Source: an uncultured Clostridia bacterium (lineage in GTDB: Bacteria > Bacillota > Clostridia > TANB77 > CAG-508). From it: DNA of 64,000 nucleotides. Below, one piece after another: positions 8,318 through 16,362 of the stretch; position 1 is the stretch's first letter, and the number at the start of each line of letters is the position of its first letter. The translations under genes were made by a program, and so were the position numbers. Below the pieces are notes generated by a model. That model had not been told where the DNA came from. It saw only the letters and a program-made list of their open reading frames with translations, and ran no database searches. The DNA lies in contig CAKPCK010000003.1 in the NCBI GenBank assembly GCA_934141555.1, forward strand, positions 6,510 through 70,509, given 5' to 3'.

Positions 8318-10867
8318 ATGTGGTATAAAGAAAAAGAAGAGATATTAAAAAAATTAGAAACAAGTTCTAAAGGCATAACAAATTCAGAAGCAAATAAAAG
8401 ATTAAAAGAAGAAGGATTAAATAGAATTCCAACAGGCAAGAAAAATACTATTTGGAACATAATTATTGAACAACTGAAAAATCCAATAATATTTATACTA
8501 TTTTTTTCAGCAATATTTTCAATAATAACACAAAGTAAAGCAGATGCAATATTTATATTTGTTGTAATAGGAATAAATACAATTATAGGAACATATCAGG
8601 AATGGAGTTCAGAAAAAAGTGCTGAAAAGCTTCAAAATATGATAAAAATTAGAACTAAAGTATTAAGAGATGGAAAAATAGAAGAAATCGATTCAGAAAA
8701 TATAGTTGTTGGAGATATTATAGAATTAGAATCTGGAAATAAAGTACCTGCTGATTTGAGATTAATAGATGTAAAAAATCTAAGTATAGATGAATCTGTT
8801 TTAACAGGTGAATCAAAACCCAAAAATAAATTAGATATAACATTGCCTAAAGAGACAGAATTAGCAGAAAGAGATAATATTGCATTTGCAGGAAGTATAG
8901 TTACAAAAGGAAGAGGAAGAGGTGTTGCAATAGCAACAGGTCAATATACAGAATTCGGAAAAGTTGCAGAAAATGTATTACTTTCAGAAGATTCAAAAAC
9001 ACCGTTAGTAATTAAAATAGAAAAATTTTCAAAACAAATAAGTTTTGCATTTTTAATTTTTGCAATAATTGTATCAATATTTTTGTTTTTTAAAGGATAT
9101 AGATTAGCTGAAATATTATCAACAGTAATAGCATTAACAGTTTCTGCAATACCAGAGGGATTAACAATTGCCATGACAATAGTATTATCAGTATCTTCAA
9201 ATAAAATGGCAAGAAGACATGTAATAGTAAAAAAACTAAATGCAGTTGAAAGTTTGGGAAGTTGTAATGTTATAGCAACAGATAAAACAGGAACATTAAC
9301 TGCAAACGAACAAACTGCAAAGAAAATAGTTCTTCCAGATGATAGTATAGCATCAATAAAAGGAATTGGATATAATGATATAGGTGAAATAAGATGTGAT
9401 GAGAAAGATAAAACACGAATAAAAGAAATTGTAAAAATGGGATATGTAAACAATGAAGCAAGGCTTGAATATGATGGAAAACAATGGAAACATTCAGGTG
9501 ATGCAATAGATACAGCATTTTTAGCATTAGGAATGAAAATTCCAATAAAACAACAATTTGATATAAAAAGTATGATACATTATGAATCACAATTAAAATA
9601 TTCAGCAGTAGTATTTGAAGAAAATGACGAATATATAGTAACTATAAAAGGTGCCCCAGAAAAAGTTTTAGAATTTTGTAAATATATTAATGAGAAAGAA
9701 AAGATAAATAAAGATAAAATCCTTAATCAAAATATTCAATTAGCAGAAGAGGGATATAGAGTTATAGCAATTGCTAAAAGAAAAATTCATAAAAGAAATT
9801 TTGAATCAAAAGAATTAGAAGAAAAAGATCTTAAAGATATGACATTTCTGGGATTAGTAGGATTTGTAGATCCAATTAGAGAAGGGGTAACAGAAGCGGT
9901 AGAAAGTTGTAAAAAAGCTGGAATTGAAACAATTATGATTACAGGAGACCAAAAAAATACAGCAGAAGTAATAGCTAAAAGAATAGGTATAACTAAAGTA
10001 TATTCAAGAGCAACACCTATGGAGAAATTAGAAATAGTTAAAAAATTAAAAGAAGAAGGAAAAATGGTTGCTGTAACAGGTGATGGTGTAAATGATACAC
10101 CAGCTTTAAAAGCAGCAAATATAGGTGTTGCAATAGGAAGTGGAACAGATATTGCAAAAGAAACAGGGAATATGATAATAACAGATGATAATTTTTCATC
10201 AATTGTAAATGGTGTAGAAGAAGGAAGAAGAGCATATAATAATATAAGAAAAGTAATTTATTTGCTCTTATCAACAGGCTTATCTGAAATAATATTATTT
10301 GTATTAGCGATGATATTTAATTTACCAATACCATTAGTTGCAATACAATTATTATGGTTAAATTTAATAAGTAATGGAATTCAAAGTAATGCCTTAGCAT
10401 TTGAAAAAGATGTTGAAGATGTAATGAATAGACCTGCAAATAATCAAAAAATATTTGATAAATTAATGGTAAATGAAATTCTTATATCAGCAATTGTAAT
10501 GGGAATATTAGAATTTGCACTTTATATTTATTTGTATAATATCAAACATCTTGAAATAGAAGTAATTAGAAGTTATTTATTAACATTGATGGTTTTAATA
10601 GAAAATATTCATATATTTAATTGTAGAAGTGAAAGAATTTCAGCATTTAAAATATCTGGACAAAATAATAAATTCTTGATATTTTCAATATTGATAACAT
10701 GTTTAATACAAATAATAGTCGTGAGAAGTGATATATTATCAAATATATTACGTTTAAAAACAATACCATTAGAGTTTGCTGGTGGATTAGTAGTATTTTC
10801 AATACCATTAATAATTATCATGGAAGTGTATAAAAAATATCTTAAAAAAATTTATAAAAATCGTTGA
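8318..10867 (+). CDS. cation-transporting P-type ATPase (type II, Ca2+/Mg2+-like)
   Basis: 849 aa; TGES, DKTGTLT, TGDGVNDTPALKAANIGVAIG; about 10 TM segments. Confidence 0.85.
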   Translation: MWYKEKEEILKKLETSSKGITNSEANKRLKEEGLNRIPTGKKNTIWNIIIEQLKNPIIFILFFSAIFSIITQSKADAIFIFVVIGINTIIGTYQEWSSEKSAEKLQNMIKIRTKVLRDGKIEEIDSENIVVGDIIELESGNKVPADLRLIDVKNLSIDESVLTGESKPKNKLDITLPKETELAERDNIAFAGSIVTKGRGRGVAIATGQYTEFGKVAENVLLSEDSKTPLVIKIEKFSKQISFAFLIFAIIVSIFLFFKGYRLAEILSTVIALTVSAIPEGLTIAMTIVLSVSSNKMARRHVIVKKLNAVESLGSCNVIATDKTGTLTANEQTAKKIVLPDDSIASIKGIGYNDIGEIRCDEKDKTRIKEIVKMGYVNNEARLEYDGKQWKHSGDAIDTAFLALGMKIPIKQQFDIKSMIHYESQLKYSAVVFEENDEYIVTIKGAPEKVLEFCKYINEKEKINKDKILNQNIQLAEEGYRVIAIAKRKIHKRNFESKELEEKDLKDMTFLGLVGFVDPIREGVTEAVESCKKAGIETIMITGDQKNTAEVIAKRIGITKVYSRATPMEKLEIVKKLKEEGKMVAVTGDGVNDTPALKAANIGVAIGSGTDIAKETGNMIITDDNFSSIVNGVEEGRRAYNNIRKVIYLLLSTGLSEIILFVLAMIFNLPIPLVAIQLLWLNLISNGIQSNALAFEKDVEDVMNRPANNQKIFDKLMVNEILISAIVMGILEFALYIYLYNIKHLEIEVIRSYLLTLMVLIENIHIFNCRSERISAFKISGQNNKFLIFSILITCLIQIIVVRSDILSNILRLKTIPLEFAGGLVVFSIPLIIIMEVYKKYLKKIYKNR

Positions 10868-10919
10868 CAATTGAGTGATTATTCAACTATAATATAGTAA
10901 AAGTTGAATGATTGCTCAA
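10864..10919 (+). promoter_or_regulatory. promoter with two ArsR/SmtB-type operator palindromes
   Basis: TTGACA 10864-10869, TATAAT 10888-10893 (18-nt spacer). TTGAGTGATTATTCAA (10871-10886) lies between -35 and -10, and TTGAATGATTGCTCAA (10904-10919) lies just downstream. Confidence 0.6.
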
Positions 10920-10957
10920 TTATTTTGCTTACAAAAGAGTAAAGAAAGGAGATATGT

Positions 10958-11320
10958 ATGGCAAGAAATGAATTTGCTTGTGATTGTAATGTAATTCATC
11001 AAGATTTAGTTGAATCAACACAAAAACAAATGGTAGATGAAGATGTATTAAATAAAATGGCAGATTTTTTTAGCATATTAGGAGATACAACAAGAGTTAA
11101 AATATTAGATGCTTTAGATAAAAATGAGCTGTGTGTGTGTGACATAGCAAATGTACTTGGTATGAGTAAGTCGTCAATTTCACATCAATTAGGAACATTA
11201 AGAAGAAGTGGAATTGTAAAGTGCAGAAAAGTAGGAAAAGAAGTTTTTTATACACTTGATGATGAACATGTAAAAGAAGTGTTTGAAGTTGCTATAGAGC
11301 ATATTGAACATAAAAGATAG
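10958..11320 (+). CDS. ArsR/SmtB family metalloregulatory repressor
   Basis: ELCVCDIANVLGMSKSSISHQLGTLRRSGIV winged-helix with CVC metal site; N-terminal Cys pair (FACDC). Confidence 0.85.
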   Translation: MARNEFACDCNVIHQDLVESTQKQMVDEDVLNKMADFFSILGDTTRVKILDALDKNELCVCDIANVLGMSKSSISHQLGTLRRSGIVKCRKVGKEVFYTLDDEHVKEVFEVAIEHIEHKR

Positions 11321-11337
11321 GATTGAAAAATATTTAT

Positions 11338-11429
11338 AATTTTGGCTGTGTTAAATTTCATTTAAAACGCGGTTACATACACTACGTATGCGCCCTTGCC
11401 TTTTAAATAAAATTTGCCTTGCCAAAATT
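11338..11429. repeat. 92-nt AT-rich imperfect inverted repeat (long hairpin) between the arsR-like gene and the HMA/ATPase genes
   Basis: Arms: aattttggc/gccaaaatt (9 bp), aaatttcatttaaaa/ttttaaataaaattt (15 bp, 1 mismatch), catac/gtatg (5 bp) around loop actac. Confidence 0.6.
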
Positions 11430-11496
11430 CAACTATTTCCCAATCATCGTATATAATTCTAAAAATAAATATAAAAAAGAAAGGTAGGTAATTAGT

Positions 11497-11718
11497 ATGA
11501 AAATGAAATTTAAAATAAAAGGAATTGATTGTGCAAATTGTGCAGCAGAATTAGAAAGATCTATACAAAAAATAGATGGTGTAACAGAGGCATCTTTGAG
11601 TTTTATGACAGAAAAATTGGTAATGGAAATTGAAGATGATAGAAAAGATGAAGTATTAAAGAATTTAAAAAAGGTTGTAAAAAAAGAGGAACCTGATTGT
11701 ACTATAGAGGAAATTTAA
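11497..11718 (+). CDS. heavy-metal-associated (HMA) domain protein, stand-alone
   Basis: GIDCANCAAELERSIQKIDGV (CxxC HMA fold); 73 aa; own RBS AAAGGTAGG. Confidence 0.8.
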   Translation: MKMKFKIKGIDCANCAAELERSIQKIDGVTEASLSFMTEKLVMEIEDDRKDEVLKNLKKVVKKEEPDCTIEEI

Positions 11719-11732
11719 TTGGAGGAAATCAA

Positions 11733-13583
11733 ATGAAAAAAAGAGGAATTAAAATAATAATATCAGCAATATTATTTGTGCTAGCATTAGTAATTCCATT
11801 TTCAAATGAATGGATAAATAATGGATTATTTATTATAAGCTATTTAGTTGTAGGATTTGAAATATTAAAAAAAGCTGTAAGAAATATATTTAGAGGAAAA
11901 GTTTTTGATGAAAACTTTTTAATGACTGTTGCAACAATAGGCGCATTTGCAATAGGCGAATTTCCAGAAGCTGTTGCTGTTATGCTATTTTACCAAGTTG
12001 GAGAATTATTTCAAAGTTATGCTGTTGATAAATCTAGAAAATCAATTGCAAGTTTAATGGATATAAGACCAGATTATGCAAATATTGAGAAAGATGGAAA
12101 AGTTGAAAAAGTTGACCCTGATGAAGTGAAAATTGGAGATATAATTATTGTAAAAACTGGAGAAAAAATACCATTAGATGGTGTTGTTGTTGAGGGTACA
12201 TCAAGCTTAGATACAATGGCATTGACAGGTGAATCTGTTCCAAGAGTTGTAAAAACAGAAGATGAAGTACTAAGTGGTTGTATCAATAAAGATGGTTTAT
12301 TAAAAATAAGGGTAACTAAAGAATTTGGAGAATCAACAGTAAGTAAGATTTTGGATTTAGTAGAAAATGCAAGTAGTAAAAAATCAAAATCTGAGAACTT
12401 TATTACAAAATTTGCAAAATATTATACTCCAACAGTAGTTATAATAGCTGTACTTTTAGCATTTATACCACCAATAATATTAAAAGATTTTAGCACATTT
12501 TCAGTATGGCTATATAGAGCATTGTCATTCTTAGTTGTATCATGTCCATGTGCATTAGTAATATCAATACCATTAAGTTTCTTTGGAGGAATTGGTGGAG
12601 CATCTAAAATGGGAATATTAATAAAAGGAAGTAATTATTTAGAGGCATTAGCAAACACAGAAACAGTAGTATTTGATAAAACTGGAACATTAACAGAAGG
12701 AATTTTTGAAGTTCAAGATATTTATGCAAAAGGAATTGAAAAAGATGAGTTATTAAGAATTGTAGCACATGCAGAAAACTATTCAAATCATCCAATTGCT
12801 AAATCAGTAAAAAAAGCATATAACAAAGAAATTAACGAAAATATCATAAAAAATCCACAAGAATTAAGTGGAAAAGGAATCTGGGCTAAAATTGATGAAA
12901 AAGATATTTTAGTTGGAAATGAAAAGTTAATGACAGAAGAAAAAATAGACTTTAAAAAATGTGATGAAGTAGGAACGATATTATATGTTGCAATTGATAA
13001 AAAATATGTGGGATATGTATTAATTGCAGATAAAATAAAACAAGATTCTCCAAAAACAATCAGAGAATTAAAAGCAATGAATATTAAAGAAACAGTAATG
13101 CTTACAGGTGATAAAAAAGAAGTTGGAGAATATGTTGCTAAAAAGTTAAATATGGATAAAGTTTATACTGAATTATTACCAGATGGAAAAGTTGAAAAAG
13201 TAGAAGAATTATTAAAACAAAAGAGTGAAAAAGGAAAGCTTGTATTTGTTGGTGATGGAATAAATGATGCACCTGTTTTAACAATTGCAGATATTGGTGT
13301 TGCAATGGGTGGACTTGGATCTGATGCTGCAATAGAAGCAGCAGATATTGTTATAATGACAGATGAAACTTCAAAAATAAGTAAAGCAATTAACTTATCA
13401 AAAAAGACAATGAGAATTGTTCGTGAAAATATTATTTTTGCAATATTTGTAAAAATAGCAGTTCTTGTATTAACTGCATTTGGAGCCTCTACAATGTGGG
13501 AAGCTGTTTTTGCAGATGTAGGAGTTTCTGTTGTTGCAATAATTAATGCTTTAAGAATGTTGAATATAAAGAAATTTGAATAA
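11733..13583 (+). CDS. heavy-metal (Cd/Zn/Pb-type) translocating P1B-type ATPase
   Basis: CPC motif (SCPCALVISIP), DKTGTLT, GDGINDAP. Start at ATG 11733 after GGAGGAAATCAA. Confidence 0.85.
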   Translation: MKKRGIKIIISAILFVLALVIPFSNEWINNGLFIISYLVVGFEILKKAVRNIFRGKVFDENFLMTVATIGAFAIGEFPEAVAVMLFYQVGELFQSYAVDKSRKSIASLMDIRPDYANIEKDGKVEKVDPDEVKIGDIIIVKTGEKIPLDGVVVEGTSSLDTMALTGESVPRVVKTEDEVLSGCINKDGLLKIRVTKEFGESTVSKILDLVENASSKKSKSENFITKFAKYYTPTVVIIAVLLAFIPPIILKDFSTFSVWLYRALSFLVVSCPCALVISIPLSFFGGIGGASKMGILIKGSNYLEALANTETVVFDKTGTLTEGIFEVQDIYAKGIEKDELLRIVAHAENYSNHPIAKSVKKAYNKEINENIIKNPQELSGKGIWAKIDEKDILVGNEKLMTEEKIDFKKCDEVGTILYVAIDKKYVGYVLIADKIKQDSPKTIRELKAMNIKETVMLTGDKKEVGEYVAKKLNMDKVYTELLPDGKVEKVEELLKQKSEKGKLVFVGDGINDAPVLTIADIGVAMGGLGSDAAIEAADIVIMTDETSKISKAINLSKKTMRIVRENIIFAIFVKIAVLVLTAFGASTMWEAVFADVGVSVVAIINALRMLNIKKFE

Positions 13584-13587
13584 TAGA

Positions 13588-13619
13588 AAAAACGCAATCT
13601 TAATTGATTGCGTTTTTTA
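13588..13619 (+). terminator. intrinsic terminator after the P1B ATPase
   Basis: aacgcaatc / gattgcgtt stem followed by a T-run. Confidence 0.8.
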
Positions 13620-13641
13620 TGGAATAAATATGATTTCGAAA

Positions 13642-14004
13642 TTATTTTCTGTTAAAGCTCAAACATTCAACAACAAAATCATTTCCTAAATCACTATCTA
13701 CATCAATTACTAAATATTGAGATGGAATCCACACAATAAAGATTCGTTTGCATTTCTTATTAAGAATCCAATGGTATTTTACAAATTTAGTATAGTGATT
13801 AGTTAGAGTGATTTGACAAGTTGTGTTATTTCCAACGCTTGCTTTTATGATAACTAGGCCTCTTAAGCCATTACCAGTTGAAAAAACATAATGACTTTTT
13901 TCAAAAAATAAAAGTACTAATTTGTTATCAAGCAAAAAAGTAATACACCAAGTGATTGCAACTAAAACAATAACAGGTAAAATGAACAATAAATCCCGAG
14001 CCAT
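13642..14004 (-). CDS. hypothetical membrane-anchored protein (120 aa)
   Basis: AAGGAGG RBS, N-terminal TM helix, no recognisable domain. Minus-strand TTGACT-17-TATTAT promoter at ~14083-14111. Confidence 0.5.
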   Translation of the reverse strand: MARDLLFILPVIVLVAITWCITFLLDNKLVLLFFEKSHYVFSTGNGLRGLVIIKASVGNNTTCQITLTNHYTKFVKYHWILNKKCKRIFIVWIPSQYLVIDVDSDLGNDFVVECLSFNRK

Positions 14005-14224
14005 AATTTTCCTCCTTGTATTACTCAGTTGAGTGCTATATTTGTAAGCAAAAGCTTACAAAATCAAGGTAATTTACCTTAACAGGAAAAATAATAACAT
14101 ATATTTACATAAAAGTCAATTTGTGAGTGGAGATTTTGGAAAAAATATTTTATTGAAAATATAGACTTTTGAAGCTAAGTAGTATAAAATAATTAAGTAT
14201 AAAAATCCTAAATGGAGAAAAATA

Positions 14225-15790
14225 ATGATAAGAATAAAAGATATAAAAATAAGAGAAGACTTATTAGAAGAAAAAGTATTAGAAAAAGCATTACAAAAAA
14301 ATAAATTAAAAAAGGAAGATGTTAAAGAGTGGTATATTTATAAAAAATCAATAGATGCAAGAAAAAAAGAAGATATTTTTTATAATTATACAATAGACAT
14401 TGAGATAAAAGATAAGAGTAAAGAAAAAAGATTTGAAAAAATTGAAGAATATAAATTGCCAGAAATAAAAACAAAAAGGCAAAGCAAAATAAAACCTGTA
14501 ATAATAGGTGCTGGACCAGCTGGATTATTTTCTGCATTAATTTTTGTTGAAAATGGGATAAAACCAATCTTAATTGAAAGAGGAAAAAGAGTAGAAGATA
14601 GAGTTAAAGATGTAGAAGAATTTATAAATAATAGAAAATTCAACTCAAAATCAAATATTCAATTTGGAGAAGGTGGAGCAGGAACATTTTCAGATGGAAA
14701 GTTAAATACAGGAAATTCAAGCATATATTCAAGAAAAGTACTTGAAGAATTTGTGAAATTTGGCGCACCAAAAGAAATAATGTATGTTGCTAAACCACAT
14801 TTAGGAACAGATAATTTGGTGAAGATTGTAAAAAATATTAGAGAATATATATTAGAAAAAGGTGGACAAATCTTTTTTGAAGAAGAAGTTATAGATTTTG
14901 AAATAGAGAAAAATCAGATTAAATCTGTAATAACAGACAAAAAAAGAAAAATAGAAACAGATAGTGCTATATTAGCTATTGGACATAGTGCAAGAGACAC
15001 ATTTAAAAAATTGAATGAAATAGGAGTAAAAATTTCACCTAAAAATTTTGCTGTTGGAGTTAGAATAGAACATTTACAAAAAGATATAAATATGGCGCAA
15101 TATGGAAATAAAACAAAATTAAAATTAGGGGCAGCAGATTATAAATTAGTATATCATGCATCAAATGGAAGAACTTGTTACACGTTTTGTATGTGCCCTG
15201 GAGGAAAAGTAATGGCATCAAACTCAGAAGAAAATTCAATTGTAACAAATGGAATGAGTAATTTTGCAAGAGATGGAGAAAATGCCAATAGTGCATTACT
15301 TGTAAATGTGTCTGTTGAAGACTTTTATAAAGATTCACCATTAGATGGAATGTATTTTCAAGAAGAATTAGAGAAAAAAGCATTTGAGTTAGGTGGTAAA
15401 AACTATAATGCTCCAATACAAAGAGTTGAAGATTTTCTGAAAAATAAAAAAACAACTGATATTGGAAAAATAAAACCAACATATATGCCAGGAGTAACAT
15501 TTGCAAATTTGAATGAAATTTTGCCAGTATTTGTTTCAGATACATTAAAAGAAGGATTAACAGAATTAGATAAAAAAATACACGGATTTGCAGATAATGA
15601 TGCAATAATGACAGGAGTAGAAACAAGAAGTTCATCACCAGTACAAATAACAAGAGATAAAGAAACAATGAATTCAATTAATGTTCAAGGACTATATCCA
15701 TGTGGAGAAGGTGCAGGATATGCTGGAGGAATTATGACAGCAGCTATTGACGGAATAAAATGTGCGATAAAAATTATTGGAAAAGAGTAA
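14225..15790 (+). CDS. FAD-dependent oxidoreductase (COG2509-type uncharacterised dehydrogenase)
   Basis: VIIGAGPAGLFSA dinucleotide-binding motif; GEGGAGTFSDGKL; C-terminal GEGAGYAGGI. Confidence 0.75.
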   Translation: MIRIKDIKIREDLLEEKVLEKALQKNKLKKEDVKEWYIYKKSIDARKKEDIFYNYTIDIEIKDKSKEKRFEKIEEYKLPEIKTKRQSKIKPVIIGAGPAGLFSALIFVENGIKPILIERGKRVEDRVKDVEEFINNRKFNSKSNIQFGEGGAGTFSDGKLNTGNSSIYSRKVLEEFVKFGAPKEIMYVAKPHLGTDNLVKIVKNIREYILEKGGQIFFEEEVIDFEIEKNQIKSVITDKKRKIETDSAILAIGHSARDTFKKLNEIGVKISPKNFAVGVRIEHLQKDINMAQYGNKTKLKLGAADYKLVYHASNGRTCYTFCMCPGGKVMASNSEENSIVTNGMSNFARDGENANSALLVNVSVEDFYKDSPLDGMYFQEELEKKAFELGGKNYNAPIQRVEDFLKNKKTTDIGKIKPTYMPGVTFANLNEILPVFVSDTLKEGLTELDKKIHGFADNDAIMTGVETRSSSPVQITRDKETMNSINVQGLYPCGEGAGYAGGIMTAAIDGIKCAIKIIGKE

Positions 15791-15948
15791 AAAAATATAA
15801 GTTATATAATGGAAAAATTATTTAATAATATAAAATTTTTCCATCACGAAAAACAAAGAAAAAATTATTATAAGTGAGTATAAATTTGAAAAAAAGAGAT
15901 ATAATAAAATTAGCATATAAAATTTAAAGAATTTGAACAAAAAAAGTG

Positions 15949-15977
15949 TTGCAATAAAAAAAATTATATGCTAAAAT
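15949..15977 (+). promoter_or_regulatory. promoter upstream of the candidate 6S RNA
   Basis: TTGCAA 15949-15954, 17-nt spacer, extended -10 TGcTAAAAT (15969-15977). Confidence 0.5.
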
Positions 15978-16002
15978 AATTATAACAAATAAATAATTAG
16001 AA

Positions 16003-16230
16003 CAAAGCAAAAACCCTGCGTAGTGCGTGTAGACAGAATTTTTAGAACCTACAAGTTTAAAGAGGGACCTTAAATCTTTGAATATGGCGTGCAAGCTTAC
16101 ACTTTAGCATTTGTAAAATTACATTTCGAGTAGTAAGAAGCCCATGAGTATTCAAGAAGGAACCCACCTGTCGAAGACAGGTCCTTAAAAATTCAATCAA
16201 CTTACGGCTAATGTGGGGATTGCTTTTTTT
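16003..16230 (+). ncRNA. ssrS: candidate 6S RNA (SsrS)
   Basis: GC-richer block in a 570-nt gene-free gap. The 5' end AGCAAAAACCCTGCGTAGTGCGTGTAG pairs with the 3' end ...AATGTGGGGATTGCT followed by T7. Further helices are gaattttta/taaaaattc and an apical ctttgaata/tattcaag, around a large central unpaired region that includes the cctgtc-gaag-gacagg hairpin. Ends are approximate. Confidence 0.55.
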
Positions 16231-16362
16231 GTGTTTAAAAGCTTTGGAAAATTATAAAGAATTTCTTAAAAAGCTTTTCTTTTTTGGAAAAATATAATAT
16301 AATGTATTTGCAAATTTAATATATTCAAAAAGGCTGATTATTGCGAAAGGAAGGATATTTTA

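Noticed and set aside
8941-9453. Numerous long antisense ORFs in the six-frame track (for example 329..607, 2685..2897, 8941..9453, 13163..13597, 15060..15677, 28433..28879, 36525..36998, 56237..56659).
   Set aside because: They are Leu/Phe/Ile/Ser-rich, low-complexity mirror images of A-rich sense genes. They have no RBS and lie fully inside well-supported genes. Such ORFs are an expected artefact of an AT-rich genome with few stop codons on the antisense strand.
11338-11429. A czcD/NiCo-type metal riboswitch in front of the heavy-metal ATPase.
   Set aside because: The element is a simple AT-rich long hairpin. It lacks the GC-rich four-way junction and the conserved junction nucleotides that I recall for that class.
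11697-11732. N-terminal extensions of track ORFs taken at face value (11697, 23149, 26187, 33146, 38724, 40308, 41082, 47456, 56116, 25130, 3759).
   Set aside because: In each case an internal ATG preceded by a GGAGG-type RBS at proper spacing gives the canonical N-terminus. The extension overlaps a terminator, a promoter or the upstream gene.
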